This document shows positions 48,845 through 63,638 of a stretch of DNA of 64,000 nt, one piece after another. A program made the position numbers and the translations under genes. Source of the stretch: the human T2T-CHM13v2.0 reference genome, Homo sapiens; the NCBI RefSeq assembly GCF_009914755.1, contig NC_060930.1. One strand, given 5' to 3'. Position 1 is the stretch's first letter. Each line of letters starts with the position of its first letter. The notes under the pieces are model-generated. The model was not told the DNA's origin. It searched no databases and worked only from the letters and a program-made list of their open reading frames with translations.

Positions 48845-49131
48845 GGCCGGGCACGGTCGCTCACGCCTGTAATCCCAGCACTTTGGGAGGCCGAGGCGGG
48901 CGGATCACAAGGTCAGGAGATCGAGACCATCCTGGCTAACACGGTGAAACCCTGTCTCTACTAAAAATACAAAAAATTAGCAGGGTGTGGTGGCGGGCAC
49001 CTGTGGTCCCAGCTACTCAAGAGGCTGAGGCAGGAGAATGGCGTGAACCTGAGAGGCAGAGCTTGCAGTGAGCCGAGATCGCGCCACTGCATTCCAGCCT
49101 GGGCAACAGAGCGAGACTCTGTCTCAAAAAA
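48845..49131 (+). mobile_element. AluY
   Basis: Full-length Alu body with AluY diagnostics. Confidence 0.93.
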
Positions 49132-49747
49132 CTTAAATTAAATTAAATTTTAAAAAAACGTAATTTTTAAAGGCTTGAAAATTCTCAATATTTGGAGAAA
49201 AACAAAATAAAAGCATGTGTACATTATTTTAAAGCAAATTTGTCTCCAATTCACAATTTTTATCTCACTTTTTTTTTAATATTTGCAAAGATACTTTGAG
49301 TGTCATATGAAAATAGCTACACCTTCCAAAGCTACCACAGTTACTCAGTAGACTCTGTAACTTGAGCATGGCAGTAGGTGCTGGGCAGATGTGTCCTAAG
49401 GGAACAATACGAACCTGCTGTCACCAGATCCACTGCTTCCCAAAACATAAAACATCTTCGGAGACAGATGAAGAATACATAAAAAATTATAGTTGTTTCA
49501 AAAATGCTAATAATACACTCATCAAATTGTGATTGAGTTCCATCTTTTTCTTCAACATAAACTTTTGTTGTAGTATAATTATCTTATTCTCTTCTGTAAT
49601 TCCTATAGAATTCAGCAGCATTTTACAAATAATAGTACTTGTATGCCAATTTGCAGTTTACAAACCACTTCTGTAGACATTAATAAGCAGGTTTCTATAT
49701 ATGAGTACATAGATTATCATTATTACAGTGACCCTTTAAAGTGGTTA

Positions 49748-51915
49748 GGCAAGAAGACGGCAGCTAGGAGACAGGACTAATGTGCATCTCCCACTAGGAT
49801 GGACTGAAAGGCATGTGGATACTCATACTGTGAAGTTTTGTTCCAAGAACCACTGCAGGAATGTACCAAAAAAAATGAAAGAATTCACAGATCCTTTTAA
49901 AGAAGCAGCAGGCCACTGCAAATTCCATGAGACAGGCAAAAAACTGTGAGTTCCCAAAATGTGAGAGGGGGGAAAACTGCCTCCAAACAAACACCCCCAC
50001 TGGGGAATCTAAAAATCAATATCACAGGAGAAGGATGTAACCTTACCTAGAGCTGAAGCATATTTAGGCAGCCAAGCGAAATATAAAAGTAGAAGCAGCA
50101 GTGAGAAGAGCCTTGTAGGCACTCCTAGTCTCCAGCTCCAGTCCAGGGAAGCCATCCCTGACTGTATCTCATAGGGGTCCTCCCTCAGAAAAGACAGCCA
50201 GAGGAATTAGGGAGAGGTCATAGGGTGAAAGAAGCTTCCAACTGAATTATGTGATAATTTAGACTGGGCATGAACTTCCTTGAGCAGAATCAGGAGTGGG
50301 TAAAAGGGAAGTGCTACAGATATGAGCACAGGAGCTGCCAACACTGTGGACAGATGGGGAGGGGCAAGACCTGAAAGCCAGCCATGCTCGTTTTCTCAGT
50401 GCAGAACTTATGGCCATGCTCGTTTTCTCAGTGCAGAACTTATGGCCTGGGGCAGGGCTGAGTCCCACACACAGGCTGTCTGCATCTAAACCTGGTGCTG
50501 TTAGCTGGGCACTGTGGGAGCAAGACCAGCTTCACAAACTGCATGGGAGCTGGGTGAGGCCTTTCACTACCGGCTTTCCCCCACTTCCCTGGCAACCTAT
50601 GTGATGCGTCAGACACAGCCACAATCCCCTCTGGAACATAACTCCATTGGCCCAAGAACCACTCCCACGTCTCCCACAGCAGCTGCAGCAAGCCCTGCCC
50701 AGGGAGACTCTGAGCCCAGATCCACCTAACCCTGCCCCCATCTGATGGTTTGTCTCTACCCACCCTGGTAGCCAAACACAAAAGACATAAACTCTTGGGA
50801 ACCCTAAGGCCCTGCTCATCACCTGAGAAACCAGAATGCCTCCCCTCGCCAACTTAGGGAAAGCTTATATACCCCTTCTAACACAGCAGCTGATATTCTC
50901 TCGAAGAACTCCTGAGAAATTCATCACAAAATGATTATGACCTGGGTACAGTCATCTGGTTATCTAAAGTCAGGAAGAATGAAAGAATCTTTAGAGCTGT
51001 GAGACAAAAGCATCAGGTAATCTATAAAGGAAAACCTATCAGATTAACAGCTGACTTCTCAGCAGAAAATTTACAAGCCAGTAGGGATTGGGGTCATATC
51101 TTTACCCTCCTTAAACAAAATGATTGTCAGCTAAGAATTTTGTATCCAGCAAAATTAAGCTTCACAAATGAAGGAAAGATAAAGTCTTTTTAGACAAATG
51201 CTGAGAGAATTTGCCACTACCAAGCTAGCACTACAAGAAATGGTAAAAGGAGTTCTAAATCTTGAAACAAAACCTTGAAATACACCAAAAAAGAACCTCC
51301 TTAAAACGTAAATCTCACAGGCCCTTAAACAATAACACAATGAAAAAAGGGTATTTAGGCAGGAACTAACATAATGAATAGAGCAGTACCCCACAGCTCA
51401 ATACTAACGCTGAATGTAAATGGTCTAAGTGCTCCACTGGAAAGATACAAAATGGCAGAATGGATAAAAATACACCAATCAAGTATCTGGTGTCTTCAAG
51501 AGACTCATGTAACACATAAGAACTCACATAAACTTAAGGTAAAGGAGAGGAAAAAGATATTCCACACAAATGGAAACAAAAAGCAAGCAGGAAAAGCTAT
51601 TCTTACATAGGACAAAACAAATAGACTTGAAAGCAACAAGTTTAAAAAAAAAAAGACAAAGAGGGACATTATACAATGATAAAAGGATTAGTCCAATAGG
51701 AAAATATCACAATCCTAAATATATACACACCTAACACAGAAGCTCCCAACTTCATAAAACAATTATGACTAGACCTAAGAAATGACATAGCAACACAATA
51801 ATACTGGGGAATTTCAATACTCCACTGACAGCACTAGAAAGGTCATCAGAACAGAAAGTTAACAAAGAAAGAATGGACTTAAACTACACCGTAGAACAAA
51901 TAAAATTAACATGTA
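49748..51915 (+). mobile_element. L1P (L1PB / old L1PA) fragment: 5'UTR, part of ORF1, start of ORF2
   Basis: Translations YKGKPIRLTADFSAE (ORF1) and SILTLNVNGL...CLQETH (ORF2 endonuclease); disrupted by stops. Confidence 0.85.
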
Positions 51916-51942
51916 TTTGTGCCTTGTTAAATGTAACAGTCA

Positions 51943-52248
51943 TGCCGGGCGCAGTGGCTCACATCTGTAATCCCAGCACTTTGGGAGGCCGAGGTGGGCA
52001 GATCACAAGGTCAGGAGTTTGAGACCATCCTGACCAACATGGTGAAACCCCCTCTCTACTAAAAATACAAAAATTAGCCGGGCGTGGTGGCAGACGCCTG
52101 TAAGCCCAGCTACTCAGGAGGCTGAGGCAGGAGTATCATCATTTTAACCTGGGAGGCTGAGTATGCAGTGAGCCGAGATTGCGCTGTTGCATTCCAGCCT
52201 GGGTGACAAAAGCGAAACTTTGTCTCAAAAAAATAAATAAATAAATAA
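51943..52248 (+). mobile_element. AluS element
   Basis: Dimeric Alu with (aaat)n tail. Confidence 0.92.
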
Positions 52249-53569
52249 GTCATCAACGCACGCACACAGAAACATTTCCACATACACTGCTGGTAAAAGA
52301 ATAAACTGACATAAACTTAACTATCTGGCAATCAAAAATTCTACTTTTATAAATTTATAACAAGTAAATCATTCTACCTTTCCCAAATGTATTTCTTCAA
52401 GGCTGTCCATCATAACATTGATTATAATATGAAATGTAGCAACGGTTCTTACATTGAGTGGAATACAATGCAGATGTTTTAAAAAATAACATTGAAAAAT
52501 AAGTTTACTTCATGTCTCAGAAGAGAAAGCAAGCTCAACCTAATCCAATGGAGAGAAAAGGAGTTTAATATGTAATTAAACAGTTATAGCACATGACTGG
52601 CTACAGCAGCTTCACCGACACCGTCAGGACGGCCCCCTGGTCTCCCCAACCCTCAGCTCCACCTGTCTAGGTGCTGCTCATTGTCTGTTCCTATGCAGTG
52701 GCAAAAAGATGGGCGGCAGCACCCGAGTGTGGCCTCCCACCGTTGCAGGGCGCTGCGGAAGAAAGCATCTCTTTCCATTGATCCTTGAACATTTCTCATG
52801 AGTCTGGGCCAGTCTGAGACACTTTCCATGTTTGAATTAATCACGTAATCAGAAGGATGAAATGATGCCAAGAAGTCAGGCCTGGGACAGAGACCTCTCC
52901 ACTGAGTCCCGGCCAGCAGAGGGAGAAGGGTGGTAGCCCAGAGGAAATCCAGGTGCTTTTGCCCAAACAGGATGTGGATGCTAAGACAACAAAAATAGTA
53001 ATGCTTAGAAGTATAAAAATATCAAGAAGGGTAAACAAAAACTTTAATGGAATAAATATTTACAAATTTAAAACTTCTATTTTTCAAAAGATCATTGGTG
53101 CTGGAGCCTAAGAGCAGGGTTTAAACAAATGGACACCACATGTTATTTCTGAGCTAGGACCGATGGAAGCCAGTACGGGTTGGTTGCTGAAGAGGAATTT
53201 GAGGAATCAGGAGTGGCTCCTAGCTTTCTGGCCTGAACAACAAGAGACCCCACTTACTGAGCTGGGGAAGAACAGGTTTGGCAGGGGAGAAGCATAGATT
53301 CCGTTTTGGATACGTTATGTCAAATGCTGAAACATCAACTGTGGCTTCCTCTAGGCATTGCACCAAAATTTCTTTCAAGTAACTGTGGAAGAAACAGACA
53401 TCGCTTCTCTAATCCACAGTGTGTCCATTTTAGAGGGTAACACTCAGAAAGCCATCTTGTTTCTCTCATTTCTAAATGATTACAGAGCACCCAGTGTTGC
53501 CCTTTTGCACCAATTACATAAAATAGTACCTATGAGCTGAATGGTGAGGAGTCTAAATACCCCGGGGCA

Positions 53570-54055
53570 CGGTGGTGACAGAGTAACACTCTCCCTAAGA
53601 TGTCTGCATGCTAATCCCCAGAACCTCTGCAAACATTAGGCTACACAGCCAAGGGAATTGAGGTTACTAATCAGATGGGCTTCAGAAGAGAGATTATCCT
53701 GGATTCTCTGGGTATATTCAATTTAAATACTTTCCTTAACTAAGCTAGAGAGAGAAGAGTTGGGATGATGATGCACTGTGAGAAGGACTCAACCTGCTGT
53801 GGTTACCGGCTCTCAAGACAGAAAAAGGACCCAGGAGCTGAGGCCTGTGGTGGCCCTAGAAGCTGGAAAAGGCACAGAAAGGAGTTTTCACCCAAAGACT
53901 CTGGAAGGAGCCAGCCCCAATGCCACCCTGATTTTAGCAGTTTGAGACCCATTTTGGATTTGTGACCTCCAGAACCGTAAGATAATCCATTTGCGCTGTT
54001 TTAAACCACCAAATCTGCATTAGTTTGTCACAGCAGAATTAACAAACGAATACAA
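53570..54055 (+). mobile_element. MLT1-type MaLR LTR relic
   Basis: ctaatccccagaacct...gagattatcctggatt...tgacctccagaaccgtaagataa...aaacgaataca. Confidence 0.7.
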
Positions 54056-54547
54056 GTGCCTACAAAATGAAAACTGTAGAAACGAAATGACAATTCCCTG
54101 CATACGTCTACACAGTGATCTGTGTCCTATCGGGACTGAACCCTGAAGTAAGACTAGAACAAGCAATCAACAGCAAGAGTCCAGGGTGACCCAAGGGTTG
54201 AGATGGTGCTAGGAGATCTTGGGAAGAATGGCGCAGTGAAGCTTACGAGGAAGAAGTTAAGGTATGGGCAGTTGTGAAGCAAGAGATCACATACACACAT
54301 GCATGCACACACACAAAATCTCACACCTGTATACACACATGCACACAAAGAATCCCACACATGCACCCAAACGTGCACACACATGTATGCCTGCACACAT
54401 ATAAAAAGCTGTCCGATCAAAACGGGTTTGGTGAAAGGTCTGGGGTCAGAGAGCCCACGGTCATAGGAGAAAGACAATCCGAAGACCTGAAGACCTCTTC
54501 CATGCCTGAAGCACAGGACCCCTTCATGTCTTAAAAACAAAAGCAGA

Positions 54548-55892
<1,345 letters not shown>

Positions 55893-56149
55893 GGCAGAAT
55901 ATGAATGTGCTTGCATTTCCTGATGAGTGCATAGTAAAGAAATAACACCATGACTCACTAGTATGAAGAGTTCACAGAAACAATGGTGTGAAGCCAAGGA
56001 GGGAAGGAAGCCTTGTCAGGACACATAAGCCACCTTGACGAGGAAGCACCAGCCTGCACTCAGAATTTCTGGGTCAGTCTGGCCCCAGTGTGCACGAGCT
56101 GATGTCCCACCTCTCCAGCTGCCCAACACCTCTGTTCCTCAGTGTTCTC

Positions 56150-56240
56150 AGCTTCAATGCCTACCTCTGCCTCAGTGTATTCGGCTTCAATGCCTACCTC
56201 TGCCTCAGTGTACTCGGCTTTAATGCCTACCTCTCCTGCC
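56150..56240. repeat. 33-bp tandem repeat, about 3 copies
   Basis: gcttcaatgcctacctctgcctcagtgta repeated. Confidence 0.8.
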
Positions 56241-57613
56241 TCTCCTGCTCCATGGCAGGGTGGTACAGACAGGGATGAGGGAGGGTCTGGTGCAGGCAGA
56301 AACATCGTCAGGGACACACCGACACACACACACACATACACACACGTGTCCACGTCGAGAACATGAGTCCAGGGCAGCTAACTGAAGTGCAACCTATCCT
56401 CCCATTGAACAGAGGTCAGATGGCCCCTAAAATCATTTGTGTAAAAAGTTATTTTTCTATATGTTAAAATATTCATTTTTCTATTTCTGTGGTCTGGCAG
56501 TTTTCCCCAAGCTCTTTCTGCTTCTTCCCTGGAGCCACTAAGAACATGGCTGGACCACATTTCCAGCCTCTGAAGTCGAGGGCAGCCGTGCACCAATTTC
56601 TGGTCTGGAAAGCACACCATGCATGCACAGGCTTGGTCCTGTCACAGCCCGTGCACAGCCCTTCATGCTGGAGGCGGAGGGCTCCAAAGGCTGAGGAGAG
56701 GGGCCACGGTGGTGGCACCTGGCAGCCTGTGCTGCTCCCACTAAAGGGTGATCAGGACACCAGGCTGGACTGTTGTGTAAGCAAGAGAGAAACATTTAGT
56801 GCATGAAGCTGAGGTCACTTCTGTCAGCCTACCTTGACTGATGTGGGTACCTTGAAGCAGGATGCTTCAGTGACACTGTAGGATGTTGCTGAGTGACTGA
56901 GTGATGGGGCACAGAAACAAATTCAGGAGGGGAAAAGCTCAAGACTCACGTTAGGCAGTGACAAACAGGTTCAACTGCAACAACCTGTAATAACGCAGAA
57001 AACTTACCACAGGCTTACTCTCCTGCAGCCCTACAGGAAATTATTGCAAAGAATACGCATTAGCAGCCAACACACGGAATTGGACTAGAGAACTGGCTGG
57101 TGTGCAAGCGGAATGGACACGAAAAGAAAGTACGAAGAGCAGGGGCTGCAGCACTGGGAAACCTGAGTGCCCTGAGAGGCTGCAGGGAGGGACAAAGGAC
57201 CATCAGGTCTTGGCCTTTCAGCAAAGATCTGACCTAGGATGGCTACCTTCCCACTCAAGCCTTTGTTCCACATAACCTCAGGGTATCAGCTGCCCAGGAG
57301 ACCAAAAGAAAATAAAGTCAGGCTTGAACAGTAGACACAGGAAGAACGACAATGGCATCACCAGCACACAGAGCTGACAAGATACACACAGACCAGAAGC
57401 TGCTGTGCTCGTGAGGACACGATGAAGCCTAAGAAGTATCAAGCAAAGAACAGAGTAAGGGCACACGGTGGGCTCAGGGCTGACTGCCTGGTCCCCACTG
57501 CCATGCTCCAGGAGTGAGCTATGGCAGCCTTCCAAGACAGCATCCTCATAGCCACATCAGATGAGACCGTGGAGGAAAAGGACTAAGGGTAGAATCAAGG
57601 GCCTCAGCAAACA

Positions 57614-57910
57614 AGCCAGGCACAGTGGCTCACATCTGCAATCCCAGCACTTTGTGGGGCCGAGGCAGAAGGATCACTTGAGCCCAGGAGTTCAAGACCA
57701 GCCTGGGCAACATAGTGAGACCCTGTCTCTACTTTAAAAAAAAAAAGTAGTCAGGTGTGGCAGTGCATGCTTGTAGCCCCAGCTGCTGGGGAGGCTGAGG
57801 TGGGAGGATCGTTTGAGCCACGGAGGTTGAAGCTATAGTGAGCTGTGATTGTGCCACTCTACTTCAACCTGGACAACAGTGACATCCTGTCTCAAAGGAA
57901 AGAAAAAGAA
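57614..57910 (+). mobile_element. AluJ
   Basis: ggatcacttgagcccaggagttcaagaccagcctgggcaacatag (J-type), diverged. Confidence 0.88.
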
Positions 57911-59464
57911 CAATGGACAAGGGAATTCCTCCCAGATAGCAGAATCAGGGTCTAGTTGGGAAATTCCTCCCACCTCCACCCCAGCATCACTTCAAAACTG
58001 CTATAGACCAGTGTCTGCCATGTGTCTCCCTTTTCCAAAAGGGAGATGGTTACAAAAACCATGGTCATATTTAACCACTGCATTTTAGTGGGGAGAGCAA
58101 CTAGTTTGTCTTCTTAGTCCATAGGGCTCTGGACCACGAGGAACCACAGCCAGGCCTGATGGAGAGAACTGTGCAATCCTGAGAAATGTTCTGTGTTGCA
58201 CTAGGCACCTTGACAAAGTGTCCCCCTTGGGGTGGGGAGAGTGTGTTCTCCATGTGGGATCAAGAGTGGAGCAGAGATCTGGTCACCAGAAGAGAGACTA
58301 CGGTAAGTGCTGTTCCTTTTCCACTAAGCCACTTCCCTTTCCTTCTAGACACAGAACTAAACTACACTCCCTAGCTTCCCTTGCAATTAAGTGCAGCCAT
58401 GTAGTCGTTGAGTGCCTGGCCCATAAATTCCTCCTGCACTGCCTCTCTTCTTTCCCCACCCACTGGCTAAATGCGGAGAATTCAGAGGGCCTAAGGAAAA
58501 AAACCACAACATGGAAGAATTTTAGGCTGCAGCTTGCAGAGAGCTGCCCAAAGGAATCGTCTGACTAGAAACCGCTACACAGGACTGTGTGAGCAAGAAA
58601 CATGCAACTGTTCTATTGGGGTGAATTGCTACAGCACTTAACCTACCTCCACTAATATAAATTGTTTAACATTTTTTTGAATTACAAAAGCAATACAATA
58701 CAAAACATTTAAACAATGCAGAAATAATAAAGTTTTTTATCCCTACCTCCTCTCCCTGCTGTGCCAACCCTAGGGGATAATCAATGTCACAGGATATCCC
58801 CAGGAATATCCATGTACATACATGCACAGAACAAGTCAGGGAAAATAAACTAAATTTATTATTTTAGTGAGATTCTAGTGCACCTAACACTAGGTAAGCA
58901 CTTCAGGAAAAGGCAGTGACAAGTGATTGCTAAAGATACCATAGTCTTAAAGTTAAGTCAGTAAACACAAGATAGTAATCCCAGATAAACTGGAAGCTGT
59001 AGAGTTAATACTCCTTTACTGGTACAGAGCAGTGTGTGTAAATTGTAGAAAATTTAGAAATACATAAAAAGATGAAAACTCTACTACTCGAGGAGTACCA
59101 CTGATAAAATCCTGTGCATTTCCGTTTTTTTAATGTACATACGAATATTTTTAAAAAGAGAAAATTACTCCCTTCTGATTAGAAAAGATCGAAATTTTTC
59201 TCTTTTAGTGATAATCAAGTCAGAAACTTGCTGTTTGGCTCGAGTTAGGAAAACCTAGCCTGGTAGTTACCACGCAGGTTGAAAGGCCAGTGGGGCATAA
59301 TTAACGAGCCCTCAGGGTCCACGCTCCCGCCCTCGGAGCTCAGAACCGACGGGAGGTGCAGGAGGCCGGGCATTTCTACAGCCCTGGTTCGTTCCTAAAC
59401 TACTGAATCTTTTAAAGAGATCTGAGTGCTCCTTATACACAGCTGCTTTAATTAAAATAACCAC

Positions 59465-59980
59465 CTGAGCCCTTTTCCTCCGAACTCCACATGCGCTCAG
59501 TTCTCAAAGCGCCGATCTCAAGCGGCCGCCCGGATGCTCCGGCCCGACTTGTGCCCCGAATTCCCCTGGAGACCCTCGCACTAGCACGGCGTCAGGAGGA
59601 GGCTTCGGGTGACGAGACAGCGGGCAACGGCTCTGGTCCAGAGCGCGCGTGTCCGCCGTTGGAAGCGGTCACGGCGGAACCCTCAAATCGCCCCCTTTCC
59701 TAGAGACCTCAGCGGAGCCGCGAGCAACCGCGCAGCCCCCGCGCTCCAGCCCTGCGCCCTAGGCACACGCCCCAGAGCAGCAGCTCGGGTTCGGCGCCGA
59801 CTCCGCGCCGAGAGCAGCCCGCTAGGGGAGGACTCACAGCACCCAGCTCCCAGGAGGGCACGCAGAGGACTACCGAGCCACACTCCGCCCCACGCTCGCC
59901 GCTATGGTTACTTGCCAGCCGACCCACGCGAGCCGCTATGGTTACTAGCCCGCCGCCCCTCGCGCCCACGCCCCTTTCGC
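59465..59980 (-). other. WDR27: Probable WDR27 non-coding exon 1 (TSS approximate)
   Basis: CAG|gtggtt donor at 59465/59464 near the island edge; exon 2 has a clear acceptor and so needs an upstream exon. A second donor (gtaagt, 60027-60022) is also possible. Confidence 0.6.
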
Positions 59981-60076
59981 TATCTCGCGACAGCTGGCGA
60001 AGCCTCGCTTCCGGCCGGCTCACTTACGGACCTAGCGTCACTTCCGCCTCCGGCGAGGCTCCGGCCTCGGGTCCGG

Positions 60077-60110
60077 ATGTATAAGGCGCGGCCCCCTGCG
60101 GGGAGTGGTG
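60077..60110 (+). CDS. C6orf120: C6orf120 alternative upstream coding exon (MYKARPPAGSG-G), spliced to 60351
   Basis: ATG at 60077, G|gtgagt donor at 60111, cactgac branch motif plus ccacttgcag acceptor at 60350; 34+23 nt = 19 codons, in frame with the ATG at 60374. Confidence 0.7.
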
Positions 60111-60193
60111 GTGAGTCCGAGGGTGCCACAGCGGCCCTGCCCCTGCCCCTGCCCCTGCCCTGAGTGGGCGCCGCGCTACGGGGGAGGGGTTAA

Positions 60194-60949
<756 letters not shown>

Positions 60950-61069
60950 GTCGTTGACCACACTCTGGGATATAAAACCCTCCATCTGTGAAGCTGATTG
61001 CAGTTTGCTGTGAACCTTGCTACTTGTACTTGGTTGAAGTTCTAGGTACCTTTAGTCAAGGGATGGAAA

Positions 61070-61075
61070 AATAAA
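61070..61075 (+). terminator. Candidate proximal poly(A) signal of C6orf120
   Basis: AATAAA about 120 nt after the stop, followed by a T-rich gtttttgtt; further AATAAA at 62758 and 63484. Confidence 0.45.
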
Positions 61076-61834
61076 GCCATACGCAGTTTTGTTACCTCAG
61101 TTACCCCAAAAATAGGAAAAGCAGCAAGCACAGTATTTTAAAGATCATAATTCCTATAAAAGGACTGTGCACAAAGTGTTTAGACTCCATTTTCATTAGG
61201 CAGGTTGACTAAAAATGATTGCAGTAACAGGTTTATATAAAATAGAGCAACCTTTCATGCTGTGACACAAATCAAAAGGTTGATAACTTTGTAATTTTAC
61301 TCTGGAGATTCTAACCGAAGTTGGTGTAAGTTTTCAAGAGTTACTAAAATCAAGTTGGAAATGATTTACGTACACTTCCCTGAGCCTGGACTAAAGCCTC
61401 ATGCCTGTACCCCAAGTAGGTGATGGTACTTTTCTATACAAAAAGGATTTCCTGGCAGGCAGGTATTTACAAAGTTTGTTCCTGTACCAGTCCAATAATG
61501 ACAACTCTAAATCCAGCTGCACCAAATCTTAGTGGGCCATTTGTCATACCTATGAAAATTCTTCAGTTATTAAATAACTTTGTCAGTGCTACCTATGGTA
61601 GGCCGGAAACAATGTAGATTAGGAAGTTTCATGAAAATTAACTTTTGGGGCTATGGAGAAACAGTTAAGTATCTTAAGTTACTAAACATTTCCACTGAAT
61701 TTTTGGAGTGAGCCAAGGTTACTATAAAATACTTTGGAAGATGAATTCTCTACCTGGAGTTAGTTTCGAGAGTAAGCGTAGCTTTTAACAGAAATAACTG
61801 CAGATTTTAAGCTCATAATTTGCAAAAAAAATCT

Positions 61835-61840
61835 TTTATT
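61835..61840 (-). terminator. PHF10: PHF10 poly(A) signal
   Basis: AATAAA on the minus strand about 77 nt after the PHF10 stop, followed by a U-rich tract. Confidence 0.7.
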
Positions 61841-61916
61841 GGCATGAAAATAATGTTGTAAATGGCACCAAATATTCCACTTAAATGCATATACAGTATT
61901 AGAGTCAAAAACTATT

Positions 61917-62002
61917 TTATCCCTCTTTGCTGTTTTTCCCCCTTCTGCCCACTTTCCTGGGTGTTGGGGGGGCCCGCTGACAACAGTCACAAATCCAGCG
62001 AC
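61917..62002 (-). CDS. PHF10: PHF10 last coding exon ([28 protein letters not shown])
   Basis: ttttttcctag acceptor, end of the second PHD finger, TAA stop. Confidence 0.95.
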
Positions 62003-63046
62003 CTAGGAAAAAAATTGTTAATATAGAATGAAAAATTATCTTTACAGGACTGAATTTTAAGCCCATCTAAACTCTTCTGCCTTAGCTATCACTAATGATA
62101 TTCCTCTCTGGATTTTGTGGTGAGAAGGGCACTATGAGTTCCTTAATTTAAGGAAAAAATGTAAACTTAATCAATGTAATCAATGCCATGCAAAATTCAT
62201 TGCAAGTCAAGGGGGATGGGAGAGATGCAATGCCATACGGTGATACGGACCTTTAAGAAAGTACAATCTTTCCTGAAATTCAAACACTATCATACTTCAA
62301 AAGGTCAAAACCCATTCCGGAATTTGGCTTTTTTAAGACTTTTTCTCTCCTGCTCACTGGCAGCTGTGTGTCTTAACAGCATTCTTTCAAGTCCTGGTGT
62401 ACTCTGCTGACAGCACTTTAAAACTTTAACAGCACAATGATAACTTGTACTACATACTTGATCTGAATTACTACAGAAAAATAATTATGTTGCTTGCTTA
62501 ATGATTCCCAGGAAACTTCGTTGTAGGCATATATTTTATAAGAGTATTATACAGTGTTAACTATGCAAGTAAGTTCTAAAATTACACAATTATCTGTGTA
62601 ATGTTTTAGTCCAATTACTGTGATTTATTCAACTCTGTTCTAAAGTTATCTGGAATTGTCATGCTGCCTCAATTTACAGAAATCTATAATAGATTTCTAT
62701 AGAAATGTATAAAGACGTAGCAGTCATTTTGTTGTTTCTAAATAGATAACATATAAAAATAAAGGCTTTGTTACTTTAGTATTTCAGTAGAAAAACACCA
62801 GCTCATTCTATAGAACTATACTTCCAAAACTTAGCAGGGGCATTCTGGCCTTTCACTTATCCTTTAGTTGGAATTGTCTAGGGATGAAAAGCTGGTGGAC
62901 ATGACCTGTATAATCACAGCTTTGGTCATATTTGCACATAAGAGTCCACAAGCTCTTCATGTCATGATAGCGTTTATGCAGCCTTTTGGAGTGCTGGGAG
63001 AGTCTCATCACCCAAAGATAATGTTTGCTCTTTTTTTAATCTTTAC

Positions 63047-63235
63047 CTGATGGAATAGCACCAAGGCCCACACAAAAAGTATGATAACCTCTGTCACACA
63101 TATCACAGAACATCATTTCTTCTTCATGGTGGGGTTGTCCACATATAATGCATGTTTTACATTCCATACACTGCCATGGGTAGGTCTTAATCATAGAAAC
63201 AAGCTCCATTGTCATATCCAGGCAAGAAGGATGGC
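63047..63235 (-). CDS. PHF10: PHF10 penultimate exon (GHPSCLDMT...[13 protein letters not shown]...[22 protein letters not shown])
   Basis: gatttag acceptor, G|gtaaag donor, 189 nt; double PHD finger Cys/His pattern. Confidence 0.96.
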
Positions 63236-63529
63236 CTAAATCAAAACCAGTATTAGTGGTATCTCACATAAGAAATTTTAACTTAATATGGCACATAAAA
63301 TACTAGTTTGCTTTAGGACTTCCAGAGAATGGCTATAATGTCAAATCGCCAAAGAGAAATGAATATACAATGTAGAGGAAAACACATGGGCTGTGTCTAT
63401 GCCTCACAAGCTACCCTGTGTATTTAATTTGGTGACTCTTTGGTTGAAATCTGCCTGAAACTATAAATTCTAGTTTTTGAACCAATAAATACGGTGGTTA
63501 AAATTTTAAAAAGACATTTCAATACTTAC

Positions 63530-63638
63530 CACTATTCTCACATTGGGAGCAGTGTATAAGTGATTCAGCCTTTCCTTTCTTGTTGGACTCCTTACCCTTC
63601 AGACAAATTCCACATATAGCATTTGGAATGACCTTTGG
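63530..63638 (-). CDS. PHF10: PHF10 third-to-last exon ([37 protein letters not shown])
   Basis: cccttccag acceptor, G|gtaagt donor, 109 nt; start of PHD1. Confidence 0.95.
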
